Below are positions 12,201 through 23,100 of a stretch of 45,586 nt of DNA, in pieces. The number at the start of each line of letters is the position of its first letter. Positions within the stretch are counted from its first letter, which is position 1. Both the position numbers and the translations under genes were made by a program. This stretch comes from Phoronis australis (Eukaryota; Animalia; Phoronida), in contig NMRA01000910.1 in NCBI GenBank assembly GCA_002633005.1, positions 21,103 to 66,688 on the forward strand. The letters run 5' to 3'. Below the pieces are notes generated by a model, which worked only from the letters and a program-made list of their open reading frames with translations, was not told the origin of the DNA and did no database searches.

Positions 12201-15126
12201 TTGGTCATCGTGGTCTTCCACTCCATCGTGGGATCGACGGAGCTCCTCATGGACCTCGTGGAGCTCGTCGAACTCATGGAATTCATGGAAGTCCTGGAAT
12301 TCATGGAATTCGGGGAACTCCTGGAATTCGTGGAATTCGTGGAGCTCAACTTGGATCGTACCAACTGCTGTGTAAGTAATCGTGTTGTAATCATTTATTA
12401 TACCTGTGCCCAAGTGACTCAACAGGCTAATGGTACATTTGATGGTATCCCAGGATGGGACTTCACCAGAGGAGGTGTTGGCAGGGACGTGTCGCTGACT
12501 CAAACGGGGATTACGTCCTCTCAGGTATAGTTTCGAGTGGGTACTTTTGCCTTGTATTGCCTCAAGTGGGCAACGAAAAGTGCTAACTATTGGGGTAGGG
12601 GTATTCTGTCAGGTGGGGTTTCAATTTCTTGATATATCCTCAGGTGCCCATTATTCCAGTTGCCCTGGTACTGCACTGGTTTGTTCCAGCTGTCCCGGTA
12701 CTGCACTGGTTTGGATATTGAGTGTAATACCACACCTTGATCTTATACGTATTAGTGCCACCTGGTGTCGGATCTGGGAACCTGGTTGTAGCCATGTAGA
12801 CAATTTATTACTGCCTGAGACCATGCCTGGCACATAAGTGACCAATGGGAACAAGCCAACTTGCACAGCCTGCACTATCAGTTATTTTCAAACACAGAAA
12901 TCACTTCTTATCTGAGAAAAGAACAAAGTGGGACCAGTCATAGTGAGTGGCCTCTATCAAAAGTTACATTTTGACAGAATATGGGTTTGTAACGGCTTTA
13001 AAACCAACTGTTTGTTTGAAACACTACTGAGTTCCCGAATATTACATGTTGAATTAGTATTTTAATATGTATTCTTAAAAGAATTCAACCAAAGTCATTT
13101 AGATTTCTGGAATTTCTTCAAGTGATGGCCATTGCACCAAGTAAACCCAGCCCAGTGTCTTATTTGCTAAATGCTGTCTTATTGTGTCAACTTGTATTTA
13201 TCTCAACCATGGGTGTCTCAAAGCCAGGTTTGATTTGGGAGTCGCTTTCACTGCACAGTCTACTTCTCATACTGTGTGGAAGGTGTCCTGGTCCCTGAGC
13301 GACCCTAAGCACCCACATATGTCGTTTACTTGGTATGCCGTCCCTGGTTGCTTTTTATTTTTCGTTTGCCATTTCATACAGCTGATAGAAACAATTGTGT
13401 AGCGAAGCTTAATAGAAATGAAATGTCAAAACTATGTTTAGGTTATGGCCGAATATAGATAATTTATAACATGTATTATTAAGTTGCTTACACAAACATG
13501 CACACACACTCCCTCTGCCTGGGCCTCACAAGACATATATGTAAGATATGTTGACCAGCAAGTAAAAGAACCGTAGGAGCCCAGGTAGTGTTTATGAAAT
13601 CAATGTTAATTTATGAAATATTTATGAATCTTTGTAGAATGTTTTATTCTGTTTTGCTATACTTAGTATAAAAAATCTGATTTTTTCTATTCGACTCTAG
13701 GATCATATTTTATTAAGAATTGATTTTGAAATTGTTAAAAATATATCTCCTGTGGTTGGTTGCATTAAAAATCATTGTTTCTATGTCTAATGAGCTCCTT
13801 TGCTCTCTTTTAGCATAGTCGGTGTGACTGTACCCATTGTGATCATAATTATAATTGTCATCGTGCTGGTCGTCATATTTTGTTGCGTGCGAAAAAACCG
13901 AACTCCTGCGCCTCGTAAGTACTGATAGTTGTGTAACTATGTAATTATTTGCATCACGTCAAAATCTTTACCTTGGCAACCAGTACTGTTTAATGCATTT
14001 TTTTTCTAAAAATTGCAATTTTCACATTGCTTTGGTGCATTTTTAGGGAAATTTGTTTCAATTGAATAAAAGTGACAGTGTAATAGTTCTATTTTTAAAG
14101 TAATTAAGGTGTACCTGCAGACTGCATCTGAGGTTTTTAGTAAAATGTCTCGCATGTATGCTTGATTTGCTGAAATATGTTTTTCAAAAGCTCACAAAGT
14201 GGTTGGGAATCCTCAAAATTTTACCAAATGTAGCATGACAAGGAGAGCTGAATCACACATAGCAATCAAGTAACTGTAATTAAAAGGATACCAAACTGGG
14301 TTTTGGCCTATTAACATCCAATTCTCTGATACTATATAATACTCTGTAATCCCTTGGAGGAAAATTTGCTAAACGAGCAAGCATGACTTAAGCTTTTAGG
14401 AATTACACGGCAATTGTGGCAAAAGACCACACGTCAAGAACCATCCAATCTGTGACATAGGGAGCACCAGTTTTTAGTCGTTTCCTGTTTTCATCATTCA
14501 AAGTTGACGCCACTGTTGCCTTAGCAAGACACGAAAGAAGGATTAGTGGAAATCGTCAAACCTTTTAAGATAAATTTCCTCCCAAAGAATTATTTTAAAA
14601 TTTTGACAATTTGTATCTGTTCCACTCGTCTGCCCTATTTTGTTAAGCATTTTTACACCTTAACAAACAATTAAAAATGGAGACTTTTTTTGGTTTGTTT
14701 CACAGATATCCTGAAAACTGACATTGCATTATGTACAACTCTGCTGTCATCTTACTTACAGGCACTACCACTACCGTCACAAGCGGCACTGCTGGAGCAC
14801 AGATACATTACAACAATCCCATGCCGTATGCGCAGCCAGCCGGAAGTTACCCAATGAGTCAACAATTACCCCCTGCTGGCTCCTATCCTACTCAACCAGC
14901 TGGCTTTCAGCCGCAGCCAGTGGTGCCTGGCACCATGCAGCCACACTACACTGGTATCCAGCAACCGGTGTACACGCCCGTGGTGGCACCTGATGCGACA
15001 ACAGGTGCAGCATCAGCACCCCCTGGTGTTGGTACTGAACAGGCCGTATACACACCCCTGATGAACCCGGCCGCACCACCGACTTATCAACAGTTGTACA
15101 CTGATACTCCACCTGCTGAGAAATAA
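3160..15126 (+). CDS. Spliced gene for a single-pass type I membrane protein (~297 aa): signal peptide, furin-type site, Trp/Ser-rich ectodomain, TM helix, Pro/Tyr-rich tail with PPxY (Shisa/VOPP1/WBP1-like layout). Exons 3160-3211, 9481-9517, 10452-10534, 12116-12371, 13814-13914, 14762-15126
   Basis: All five introns are GT-AG and their phases match (1,2,1,2,1). The joined 894-nt ORF reads MDRILMVPLILVILSISCQGHGLTGQTRERYRMTEKEAEKARMVVRSLKEPGIRHRRDWTTSYYDW...WNSWSSTWIVPTAVIVGVTVPIVIIIIIVIVLVVIFCCVRKNRTPAPRTTTTVTSG...AAPPTYQQLYTDTPPAEK*. Exons 4-6 are strongly supported; exons 1-2 are inferred from phase and signal-peptide character. Confidence 0.75.
3715..4075. repeat. 67-bp minisatellite, ~5.4 copies
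   Basis: Unit tgaagactatcgtcaaaatacagctaggctgggtaccactacttgtgtagccagctagctgactgta at 3715 (shortened), 3775, 3842, 3909, 3976, 4043. Confidence 0.95.
4093..5420. repeat. Diverged tandem duplication, ~690-bp unit, 2 copies (~4093-4730 and ~4789-5420)
   Basis: Shared colinear blocks gaaattgcacacagc, aaaatctgggaatcaaa, gctggtatcaaaatt, ctcgtgaaagaacaa, ggtcagttttt(t)acccacatc. Confidence 0.85.
6116..6246. repeat. 65-bp direct repeat, 2 copies
   Basis: ttagctt(a/g)ggtgtttactgtacatgtt(t/c)agtttaaagttattaattg... at 6116 and 6181. Confidence 0.9.
6674..7080 (-). mobile_element. 5'-truncated non-LTR retrotransposon (CR1/L2-like LINE) 3' end
   Basis: Frame FFLYGCQELNSNENKVLFEIVTEFLYNIKSL resembles the C-terminus of CR1/L2-group ORF2; followed on the - strand by AATAAA and an A-rich tail (+ strand cttttttttaatgtttatt, ~6674-6692). 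Confidence 0.55.
7440..7901. repeat. 78-bp minisatellite, ~6 copies, ending at an N join
   Basis: Unit acgatctgattggtcatgtcatcactgccttgttatccaaataagttgatatttgctattcaccagacaaacttttta at 7441, 7519, 7597, 7675, 7753, 7831. Confidence 0.95.
9481..9517 (+). CDS. Membrane-protein gene exon 2 (CQGHGLTGQTRER)
   Basis: Acceptor ttttctag|, donor ag|gtaggt; phase 1 to 2 bridges exons 1 and 3 and supplies a plausible signal cleavage site (SCQG). Confidence 0.6.
9923..10052. mobile_element. Short MITE-like element with inverted ends
   Basis: aggcggatccaga ... tttgatccgcccctg, with inner ggggatcc / ggatcccccc. Confidence 0.55.
10452..10534 (+). CDS. Membrane-protein gene exon 3 (propeptide ending RHRR)
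   Basis: Acceptor ggcag|, donor g|gtaact; frame YRMTEKEAEKARMVVRSLKEPGIRHRR joins exon 4 in frame. Confidence 0.7.
11222..11524 (+). pseudogene. Degenerate THAP zinc-finger ORF, likely a DNA transposon remnant in intron 3 of the membrane-protein gene
   Basis: MARSCICGGC...LFTFPWD...W.KFV...THVCG has the THAP C-x4-C, F.FP.D, W and C pattern, but the final His-Phe is missing. Confidence 0.55.
12116..12371 (+). CDS. Membrane-protein gene exon 4 (Trp/Ser-rich WxxW-repeat ectodomain)
   Basis: Acceptor tttcag|, donor gt|gtaagt; only the W/S-rich frame is in phase with both neighbouring exons. Confidence 0.8.
13814..13914 (+). CDS. Membrane-protein gene exon 5 (TM helix plus juxtamembrane CC and basic stop-transfer residues)
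   Basis: Acceptor ctcttttag|, donor c|gtaagt; encodes IVGVTVPIVIIIIIVIVLVVIFCCVRKNRTPAP. Confidence 0.85.
14108..14659. mobile_element. TTAA-flanked MITE-like element (Kolobok/piggyBac-type target site)
   Basis: ttaa|ggtgta ... tacacc|ttaa, plus subterminal inverted matches (ttagtaaaat / attttgttaa). Confidence 0.5.
14762..15126 (+). CDS. Membrane-protein gene exon 6 (Pro/Tyr/Gln/Thr-rich cytoplasmic tail with PPTY, stop TAA)
   Basis: Acceptor cttacttacag|, phase 1, same frame as ORF 14731-15126. Confidence 0.85.
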
Positions 15127-15307
15127 TTGCGTATATTCGTAGAAGACGTAAAAAATTGTGCCATGTTTTTTGTTGATATTACACCCCAGATGATTGTAGT
15201 AGTTGCTATTTTTTCTTTCATTTTAGACTTCTGTTTTTGATAATAATAGTTTTTGGCGTTTGTGACTCGCCTGTTTCCCCTTTGCGTGCAAAAAACTTTT
15301 GAGTTAA

Positions 15308-15711
15308 AGCCAACACTTTTTAATTATCTTTTTTGAAAGTATTGGCTTTTTGTCTATGTTAGAGACATGTTTCAGTTTGAATCGCCATTTCCCAAGCCCT
15401 TAGTAACAATGCTTTGAGCAACAGTGAAGTTGGCCCAACGACAGTGCCACATCTTGATGCAAAAAATATAAATCACAACTTCTGGAACTTACTATAAAAT
15501 AAATTTCCCGATGTTGCGGAGCTGCCCAACTTTTCTACTGAAGACTAGCGGAGTTGTAACTGAGGCTGATGTACGTCCTTGAGAGATTTGTATTTTTAGT
15601 GATAAAAACCAAAAATATCAACTTTCTTCGTTACAAGTTATGATAAAAAATCGATGTCTCTACATGAAAGATACTCCTGGACCTAGTTGTTGTCTCGGCG
15701 TAACTATGCCT
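15308..15711. mobile_element. TTAA-flanked MITE-like element just downstream of the membrane-gene stop codon
   Basis: ttaa|agcca ... tgcct|ttaa, with subterminal inverted match tagagacat / atgtctcta. Confidence 0.45.
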
Positions 15712-18700
15712 TTAAGTGTTACAGAACTTCTGTTGGTAGAAAAATGTTGAGATACTTATGGAAGTATTGCGTAAACCTGTTCGATATGTAATAAAAAACG
15801 CAAAGTTGTTCAATGGAATAAAGGTACCCTGTAAAAGCAGGTATGAAAAGTACTTGCATTCATGCCAATACTTCCTATCACTAGCTCCCTCTGGTGGCGA
15901 ATGTACACCCATTAGGTGTTGTGTGAACTGTTTGAAAATATGTGGCTTTAGTTTGAATATTTTTTAGAAGGAGTGTATGTATTAGATACCCAAGATTTGC
16001 TTCTGTGTTGTAGTATCCGGACTTTATGCTGAATAAATAGACTGCTGTTCCCACATTACGATTGGCCTATCGCCAGGATTTTGAGTGACGGCTTAACTGA
16101 CCAATCAGAACGAAGCATTTGTGACACACCTTCGTTTCCAAGCCGCTATTTTACCCGACAAAATACACATTGCCGGGTAAAACTTATTGTTTTGTTTGTC
16201 GACATTGCGCTAGGGGCAGAGCTTGCGATAGGTCAGTTACTTAGAGGAGAGAACAACTGTTACATTGTATTACAGTATAAGTTATATCCTAGTGTAATGT
16301 ACTAGTAAGGTGCCGAGAAGAGTTCACATACATTTATGCCATGTACTTGAAGCTGTTACACACCTGCCATTCGTCGTAAAACTAACTTGTGATTTAGACC
16401 ACTTATGGTGCTGCTATGAAACTGGTTTCAACTTATTTGTTGCACAAATTAGACGCAATTTGTGGGCATTAAAAATGACTTATTATTCCCAGAGCATAAT
16501 GTGAGCTATAAGGAACTTCTGGTTCTTTAATCTAAATCAAGTTTGTTTCTTTATATTAAGTCTGATTTGTAGCAACTTTATAAAGATCTTTTTTTTTTGT
16601 TTACACCAACTTAGAACAAAAAATGTTCCAGGGTCAATTAAAACTGAATTTGGTTGGCATCCTTCTTCCTTAAGTGGTGAGCATTGTTTTTGAAATGAGC
16701 CTGGCGCAGATTAGTCCGAACAAATTGTGCATTTTTTGGCCATACACGAATTTATGTAAAATTATATATTGTATGACAAGTATTCCAGGTGTTAGATTTA
16801 CTAACTGTGTTATAATGTATATGAATATGTCAATCTCATTATGTTATAATGATTGCTGATGCTTTTGAAGTTTGATTATCTCTATTGCTGCTGTGATAAG
16901 TGTACTCATGTCATTATCCTACAATTGACTCGAAATTCACTAGGTGGCGCTGTATGAATGCATGAAAACAGGTATTCCCTTGGAATTCTTAGTTCACAAT
17001 AACTCCCTAGTTTCTGCTAATGTATTCAGATGTCAAGATGGGTTTTTTCCACTTGCACCACCTAGTGAAAGTCAACTGGTTGCGGTTGTATTTATCTGAT
17101 TGTATACTGGATTTGTTTTTCATTGTAATGTTGCTGTGCACTAAGTGAAATTTTTATTTCTTGATGTAGAAGTAATCTGAATCTATTATTTTCTTTGAAT
17201 TGATTTCTGAGGTTGGAAAGAACTGCTAGTTTGTTCTTACTCAATATCACGCTCAATGAATTGACTCGACTCTAGGGATCTTTTATGCTCTGAGCACGAG
17301 TTCAAACCGTAATCAGATCAAACTTTTCAATGGTAAATGATAAATGACTTTTGCTTGGTGGTGGATTCATAGTGTTTTTACTTTTCTATGTGTATTGAAT
17401 CTCTTTTGTTTGATTTGACTCTATTTTACTAAAGCCTCTTAGTTAAAATTATTAATAAAGGAGCCCAGCTCCTGCTGCCCTCTTGTGGCAGGGTATGTGT
17501 AACATCTCTCTGTTTTCTAGTTTTTATTATTATGCATATTTTGGGACTTAATATTAAAATAAATAATTACACCGATGTCAGTGGTCATAATTTTAAGCTA
17601 CGTAAGTTTTCAAAAACGTTGGCGAATTTTGTCTGGCTCCGTCAGTTATTTCGATAACCCTGAATAACACTAATATCACAAGAAAATAAACCCTCAAAAT
17701 TTCGCTAATTTTTTGAAAACTACTGTCTGTACCTCTTTTCTTAATTTGTTTTCAGATGCCCACAGCTCTACAGACAGAAAACTGTGCGCACAAAGTCTTA
17801 AATCATTAACTTGTGAAATTATGCAAAAAACAATGTTGTAAAGTATATACTTTTATATTTACAAGAAAAAAAAACATGGTTATATGCTTGTATTTATGTA
17901 ACAAAGCAGATAACTTCTCCAACACTCAAGATTCACCCGAGTTAAGCGGCAACGTAAGTTCTATCTAAAATTGATTACAATTTCTATTGAAATTTTGTAA
18001 AACAATATTCTCTCATTTAATGCATAGCCCTATAGTTAAATGGACTTGCCTTCAATCAAATAAATTGACTTGCACACGTGTTACGCTGCAGTGAATGAAA
18101 ATTAAAACACGTTTCTAAAATTCAGATTTTGTAAACAGAAAACACTTTGCAGAGACTGATATTTACACGTTTAAAGTAAATATAGTGCTGTCTCGCTAAC
18201 GTGACTTGACGTTCGCTTTGTGACATTTAGTTTCACACAATGTTGAACGTCGATTGCTTTGATTTAATATTGCAATGCCGTGAAATAAGACATGTTAACG
18301 CTGGTTTTCAGTTTGGTCATACTAAGGTGGAAAGGGAACTCCTAGGTGTTGGTTTTGGGTTAATACACAGTTTCATTCTTATTTGATCTTACTTTGAAGA
18401 TGGCCACTTTTGAACCGACCACGCTGTGGTCAGTGTAGCTTTATATGTTCCCAGCTTTCAGCACAACATTCTTTTGCTCGATGCATACCAAAAAAATTGA
18501 CAGCATTTTATTTTTAAGGCTGGTTCGTATCCGTAGAACCAGCATGGCCAAGTGCATTTCAGCAATCGGACTATGACCCGTGACCATCAAAACTACTCAA
18601 GACGTGACTCAAAAATTGACAAATTGAGTGCTATGCTTGAGTGTAGTATTGAGTAAAGTTTAATGGTCAAGGTCCCATATTCAAAAACTTTAATGATACA

Positions 18701-20118
18701 CAGTTTAATATATTAGGTACAAATAAATGCAATCGTGATACTAATGTATTTCAACTCATGACGTACGTTGCACAAAACATGTTAACTTATGAATTTGATA
18801 GTTGCATGACATCCATAACACTGTCCAACAACAGCAGCGTCACGGGTCACAGTGTGAAGTCATTGTTGATGGGCACTTAAATCATAAATTTCAAGAAACG
18901 GGTTGGCGCTTATTCGTACATGGGTGCTTTACCCAAGCTAGATAGTCACCCTGGCTACCTATGACAAACGACAATGAAATCCAAAGAGCTGATGTTCAAA
19001 GAATTTGTTACAAGGTTAGCACATTAACTGGTTTTGGTCTATACCCAGATAACTTTTAAAGCTGCTGACCCATTTCTGCTGGAATCGGGTGAATTTGTAA
19101 CTAGTAAAAAAACAGACTATTACATTATCGGTTGCTATTTTCTTTGGCTTACATGAAACTATAAAAAACTACAACATAGCTATCCCCCGATAGTATGTTA
19201 CAACAGCTTGTCCTAGTTAGGCTGCCCAGCAATTCCCCAAATGCACTGATATCTTACATAACACAATTAACCACAAGACACATTCTGTACACTTATTTTT
19301 AATAAAACATTTCATTAAAATACATAAGGTTCAGTCAAAATGCAATACTTGATGACCAAACACTACTCCCCGTCTTGGTTGATACTTTGAAGTTATTCTT
19401 TATCTCCGTAGACTTAAGCATGGCGCAGACAAAAAGGTAGGCGCTGAGCCAACTGCCTTAAGTAGCAATAATCTAGACACACTGCTCACATCATCAAGGT
19501 GTGAAAATAAGAACTAGCCCAACAAGCATATTACCCTTTGTTGGCAAGTAACTAGCATGGAGCTGTGAGTTTATCTTACTGAGACAGCTGGATGAGCGCA
19601 TAGCCCTTTGTCTGCACCATGCCTCATCATTCACTGAAGAAACTTATAACACCCTTCTCACATGGAATAGAGCCATACTTAAACTGTTTACACACAGGAA
19701 CACCTCAGAAACAAAGACCTGCTTCCCGGTGAACATAAACTAGTGTCACATCTTAACCCTCAAATGATTTTCATACCAAAAGAGGAGACCAAATGCACTG
19801 CAGTATAAAGTCTCACAATCCAACTTCACTGGCCACACAGACTTTTCATACACAGCATTCCTTTCTCATGAACTGCAATTCTATTCTGATGAACATATTT
19901 TTCCCACAAACAACAGTTCTTTTCACTCTCTGACAGGAGGTAGGAGTCTCACACGTTGGCCACTAATTAGTGTGTGCTTTGTACACTGTATCTTATCTGC
20001 ATGTGGGTGCAACTGCACCAATCAGAACGCCCCGAGTATGAGCCTGTGCATCAGCCCGGGAAATTGGAGCGCAAGAAGAGTTGAACACATTCACATATGT
20101 TCAGAGAGGACTCTCGAG

Positions 20119-20189
20119 TCAACCTTTTAACTGGAAGAAACACAGCTTGCAGTCCTCATTCCTTAAGTTTTTCAAGCTGTACGTGTTAC
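20119..20189 (-). CDS. CENPC: CENP-C last coding exon (cupin end, stop TGA)
   Basis: ccttttag|GT AAC ACG TAC ... AAA GGT TGA. Confidence 0.9.
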
Positions 20190-23100
20190 CTAAAAGGCAG
20201 AGATCTACGGATTAAACATAGAATATCACACATCTCAAAGTAAGACAAAAATGCAAATGCTTATAGACTGTCTACCAATATGGTAACTACTTTTTAAAGC
20301 CATTAAAAATGTCATTTAATTACTCAGACTGAACTTAAAATTCATTAAAATGTTAATTAGGGCTCTATTTCAGGTGTCCCTGGCGATTTGGGAGAAATTG
20401 TCATCTGGTCTTGAGGCATACCCATTTCGATTTGAGCATACCCCAGCAGTGAGTGACATATCTTAACACGATTGGGTATACCCATTTTCATTTGGATGTA
20501 CCCAAGGTCAGTGACAAATCTTAGCATGTTTGGGTAACAAGATGAATCATAAAAGACTGGGAAACAAACTGAACAATTTACATGGAAATCTGTTGACAGG
20601 TACAAACTACATCTTAGCCGCGATGAAAATTAGCAGCATTCAAAACAGACCGTTTTTGTATTATACTAGACTCAGTATTCGTTTGTACAGCACTCAGTGG
20701 TATTGGAATACAAAAATCGATAGCAAACCTTTTGGAATAAAGAACACATCATCTGTCTCTAGTATGGATGTTGACTCGTGAATGGTAACAGCCAACTTGC
20801 CTCGAAGAATTGTGAATGCCTGCAAGAATGAAGAGGTGAAAGGTGAGTGACCATAGACTGAAAAGTTGACGAAAGGTCAGTGAACACAGAGGCAAAAGGT
20901 CATTGTACACTGAGGTGAACGGCAAGGTTAATCCATTCCGGACAATTTCATACGAAATTATATGATGCAGAGCAGTTGGCTACAAACCCTTATCTTACCA
21001 TGGAGTCGTTACGGACAATCTGTGTCTCCTTCTCAGCTAGAGGCCTGAGAATGAGTTGACCCACCGAGAAGGCAGGATGTTGGAGCCCCTTACACAGCAC
21101 TAGGTGGTCTGTCGGCTGGGCCGGCTGCCCCTGGGGGCCGCGATAGTTGAAGGAATCTTTGGTTGCCATGCACACTGAAAGCGTTATCAATCTTAGTGTT
21201 TAATATAAACTAAATATAAAGTGTACACAAATAAATGCATCATGTACATTAAATCAGTTTTTGGCCACAATAAGAACAAAAACCGGACAATCGCCGCAAA
21301 ATTTTTTTTTTATTTGTGCGGCGATTGTCCGGTTTTTGATCATGTACATAACCCTGAATGGATGCATTGCTGGAACTTTAACCAGTGTCTTGATCGTGAC
21401 GCATCTTCTAGTAGAACCTTCTTTGTGTACCATTAATGTATAACTACTAGGCTAAGCTCTAAGAAAACGAAACTTTCTTCATGGGAATCTTCCCTTGAGT
21501 GAAAATTGCACGATATTTGTTATTACATTATACAGCAAAAAATAATTGTCACCTTTCTGTATTTTAGAGGTTGACAACCTTGATGAAACTAACACAAAAT
21601 TTAGTATTTTCTGGCAACAGTACAACATTAACAAACAAAGGAGAATTTTCTAAACATTTACTTTTGCTGAGAAATTTGACAGAAAATAAAATCCCACTAC
21701 ACAGCCACATTGTGTGACCAGTAAGTAGTGAATTACCATACAATCAGTAAAATTCACTGACTCATTCACAACAGTACACTACAAAATATAATTGCTACTT
21801 ACTGACATAAACCTCTTCTCCAGTGTCTGGGTTTATCACGCAGATTTCTGGATCATCGTTGACCTCTGTGTCTGAAGAGTCCATCACATGGACTGACAGG
21901 TTGCGAGGAGTCGAGGGCATTCTCGGATTTTTACCTAAAACATAAGAAACGGGCCTTGTTGACCATCAAGGTTAAACTGCCCAAAAGAAGGCCTAAACAA
22001 TTCATGGATATGGTGGATAGGTGCTATCGTTGGATGAGGTATGCCAAAACCTAAGATGTATTTTAATAATGCGTGGTCATCACTCGGGTAACTCGGTTTC
22101 ACTAGTGATTGTATGCAAGGGAACAAACGAGAACATGGATATAATGCAAAAGCTATTTCTGGGGCTGTACTCATATTTGTTATCACTCGGGTAACTAAAA
22201 ATTAGTTTTTGACATTGAAGATTGCTGATAACGAGGACATTGTAACATCACTGGAATATCAATATATAGCGAAATGTCAACAACAACCATACGTGTTTTT
22301 CTCTTGCCCTTCTTTGGTTTCCTTTTGTTCCAAGCTATGTCATCTTCCGTAACAGTGGGAGAGAGAACGTCAGCAACGAACACACCTGAATGGCAGTAAT
22401 GAATGTTAAGGTGATACAAACACACCTGTGTGGCAGTAATGAACACTATGGTGAGTGTCTCAAACAATTACTTTGGATTTAGATGCATATGTTTCACCTT
22501 ACACAAAAGCATTACCCTTGTTTTGAATGATTTTATTGCACCATTTCTGAAGCAACTATAAACAAATAAAAACATTTGATGTAAACCACTTACTGTTCTT
22601 AAGCTGGTCTCAAAATGTTACTTTCTCAGGTTATAAGCTATTTCTGGATTTGGGAAGAACTGATGTTATTGGTTGAGACAAGGCTCAATAAGTTGGATTG
22701 ACCCGGCTGAGCATGGCCTCAAGCAATGATGATGTGCTGAATATGGCCTCAAGCAATGATGATGTGCTGAATATGGCCTCAAGCAATGATCATGTGCTGA
22801 ATATGGTCTCAAGCAATGATGATGTGCTGAATATGGCCTCAAGCAATGACAAAGTATTACTTCTTTCTGAGCCCAAAAATAGCTTCTAATCTGAACAAGT
22901 CACAAATTGAAATGAGTTTTCCCAATTATGGTAAGTATTTTGGCAGAAGGCAGGGTTCATAACAACTTTACATGTTTAGATTGCGTTTACTTTTTTGAGA
23001 TGACAATAGGATGGTAAACTGGCAAGTATTCACAGAACAACACCACTTATGAATCTGGAGAATCGAAGTCATCAAGCATATACTGGTAACTAAAAACACC

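Noticed and set aside
12426-12524. Exon-like segment cag|gct...cag|gtatag (ANGTFDGIPGWDFTRGG...)
   Set aside because: It is open only as phase 0-0, incompatible with the phase-2 intron it lies in; the phase-2 reading hits a stop
12059-12530. ORF-track proteins 12059-12379 (+, collagen-like), 12138-12530 (+), 12132-12503 (-) and 12185-12394 (-) as real genes
   Set aside because: Only the unlisted W/S frame is in phase with both flanking exons; the others are shadows of a 9-bp repeat
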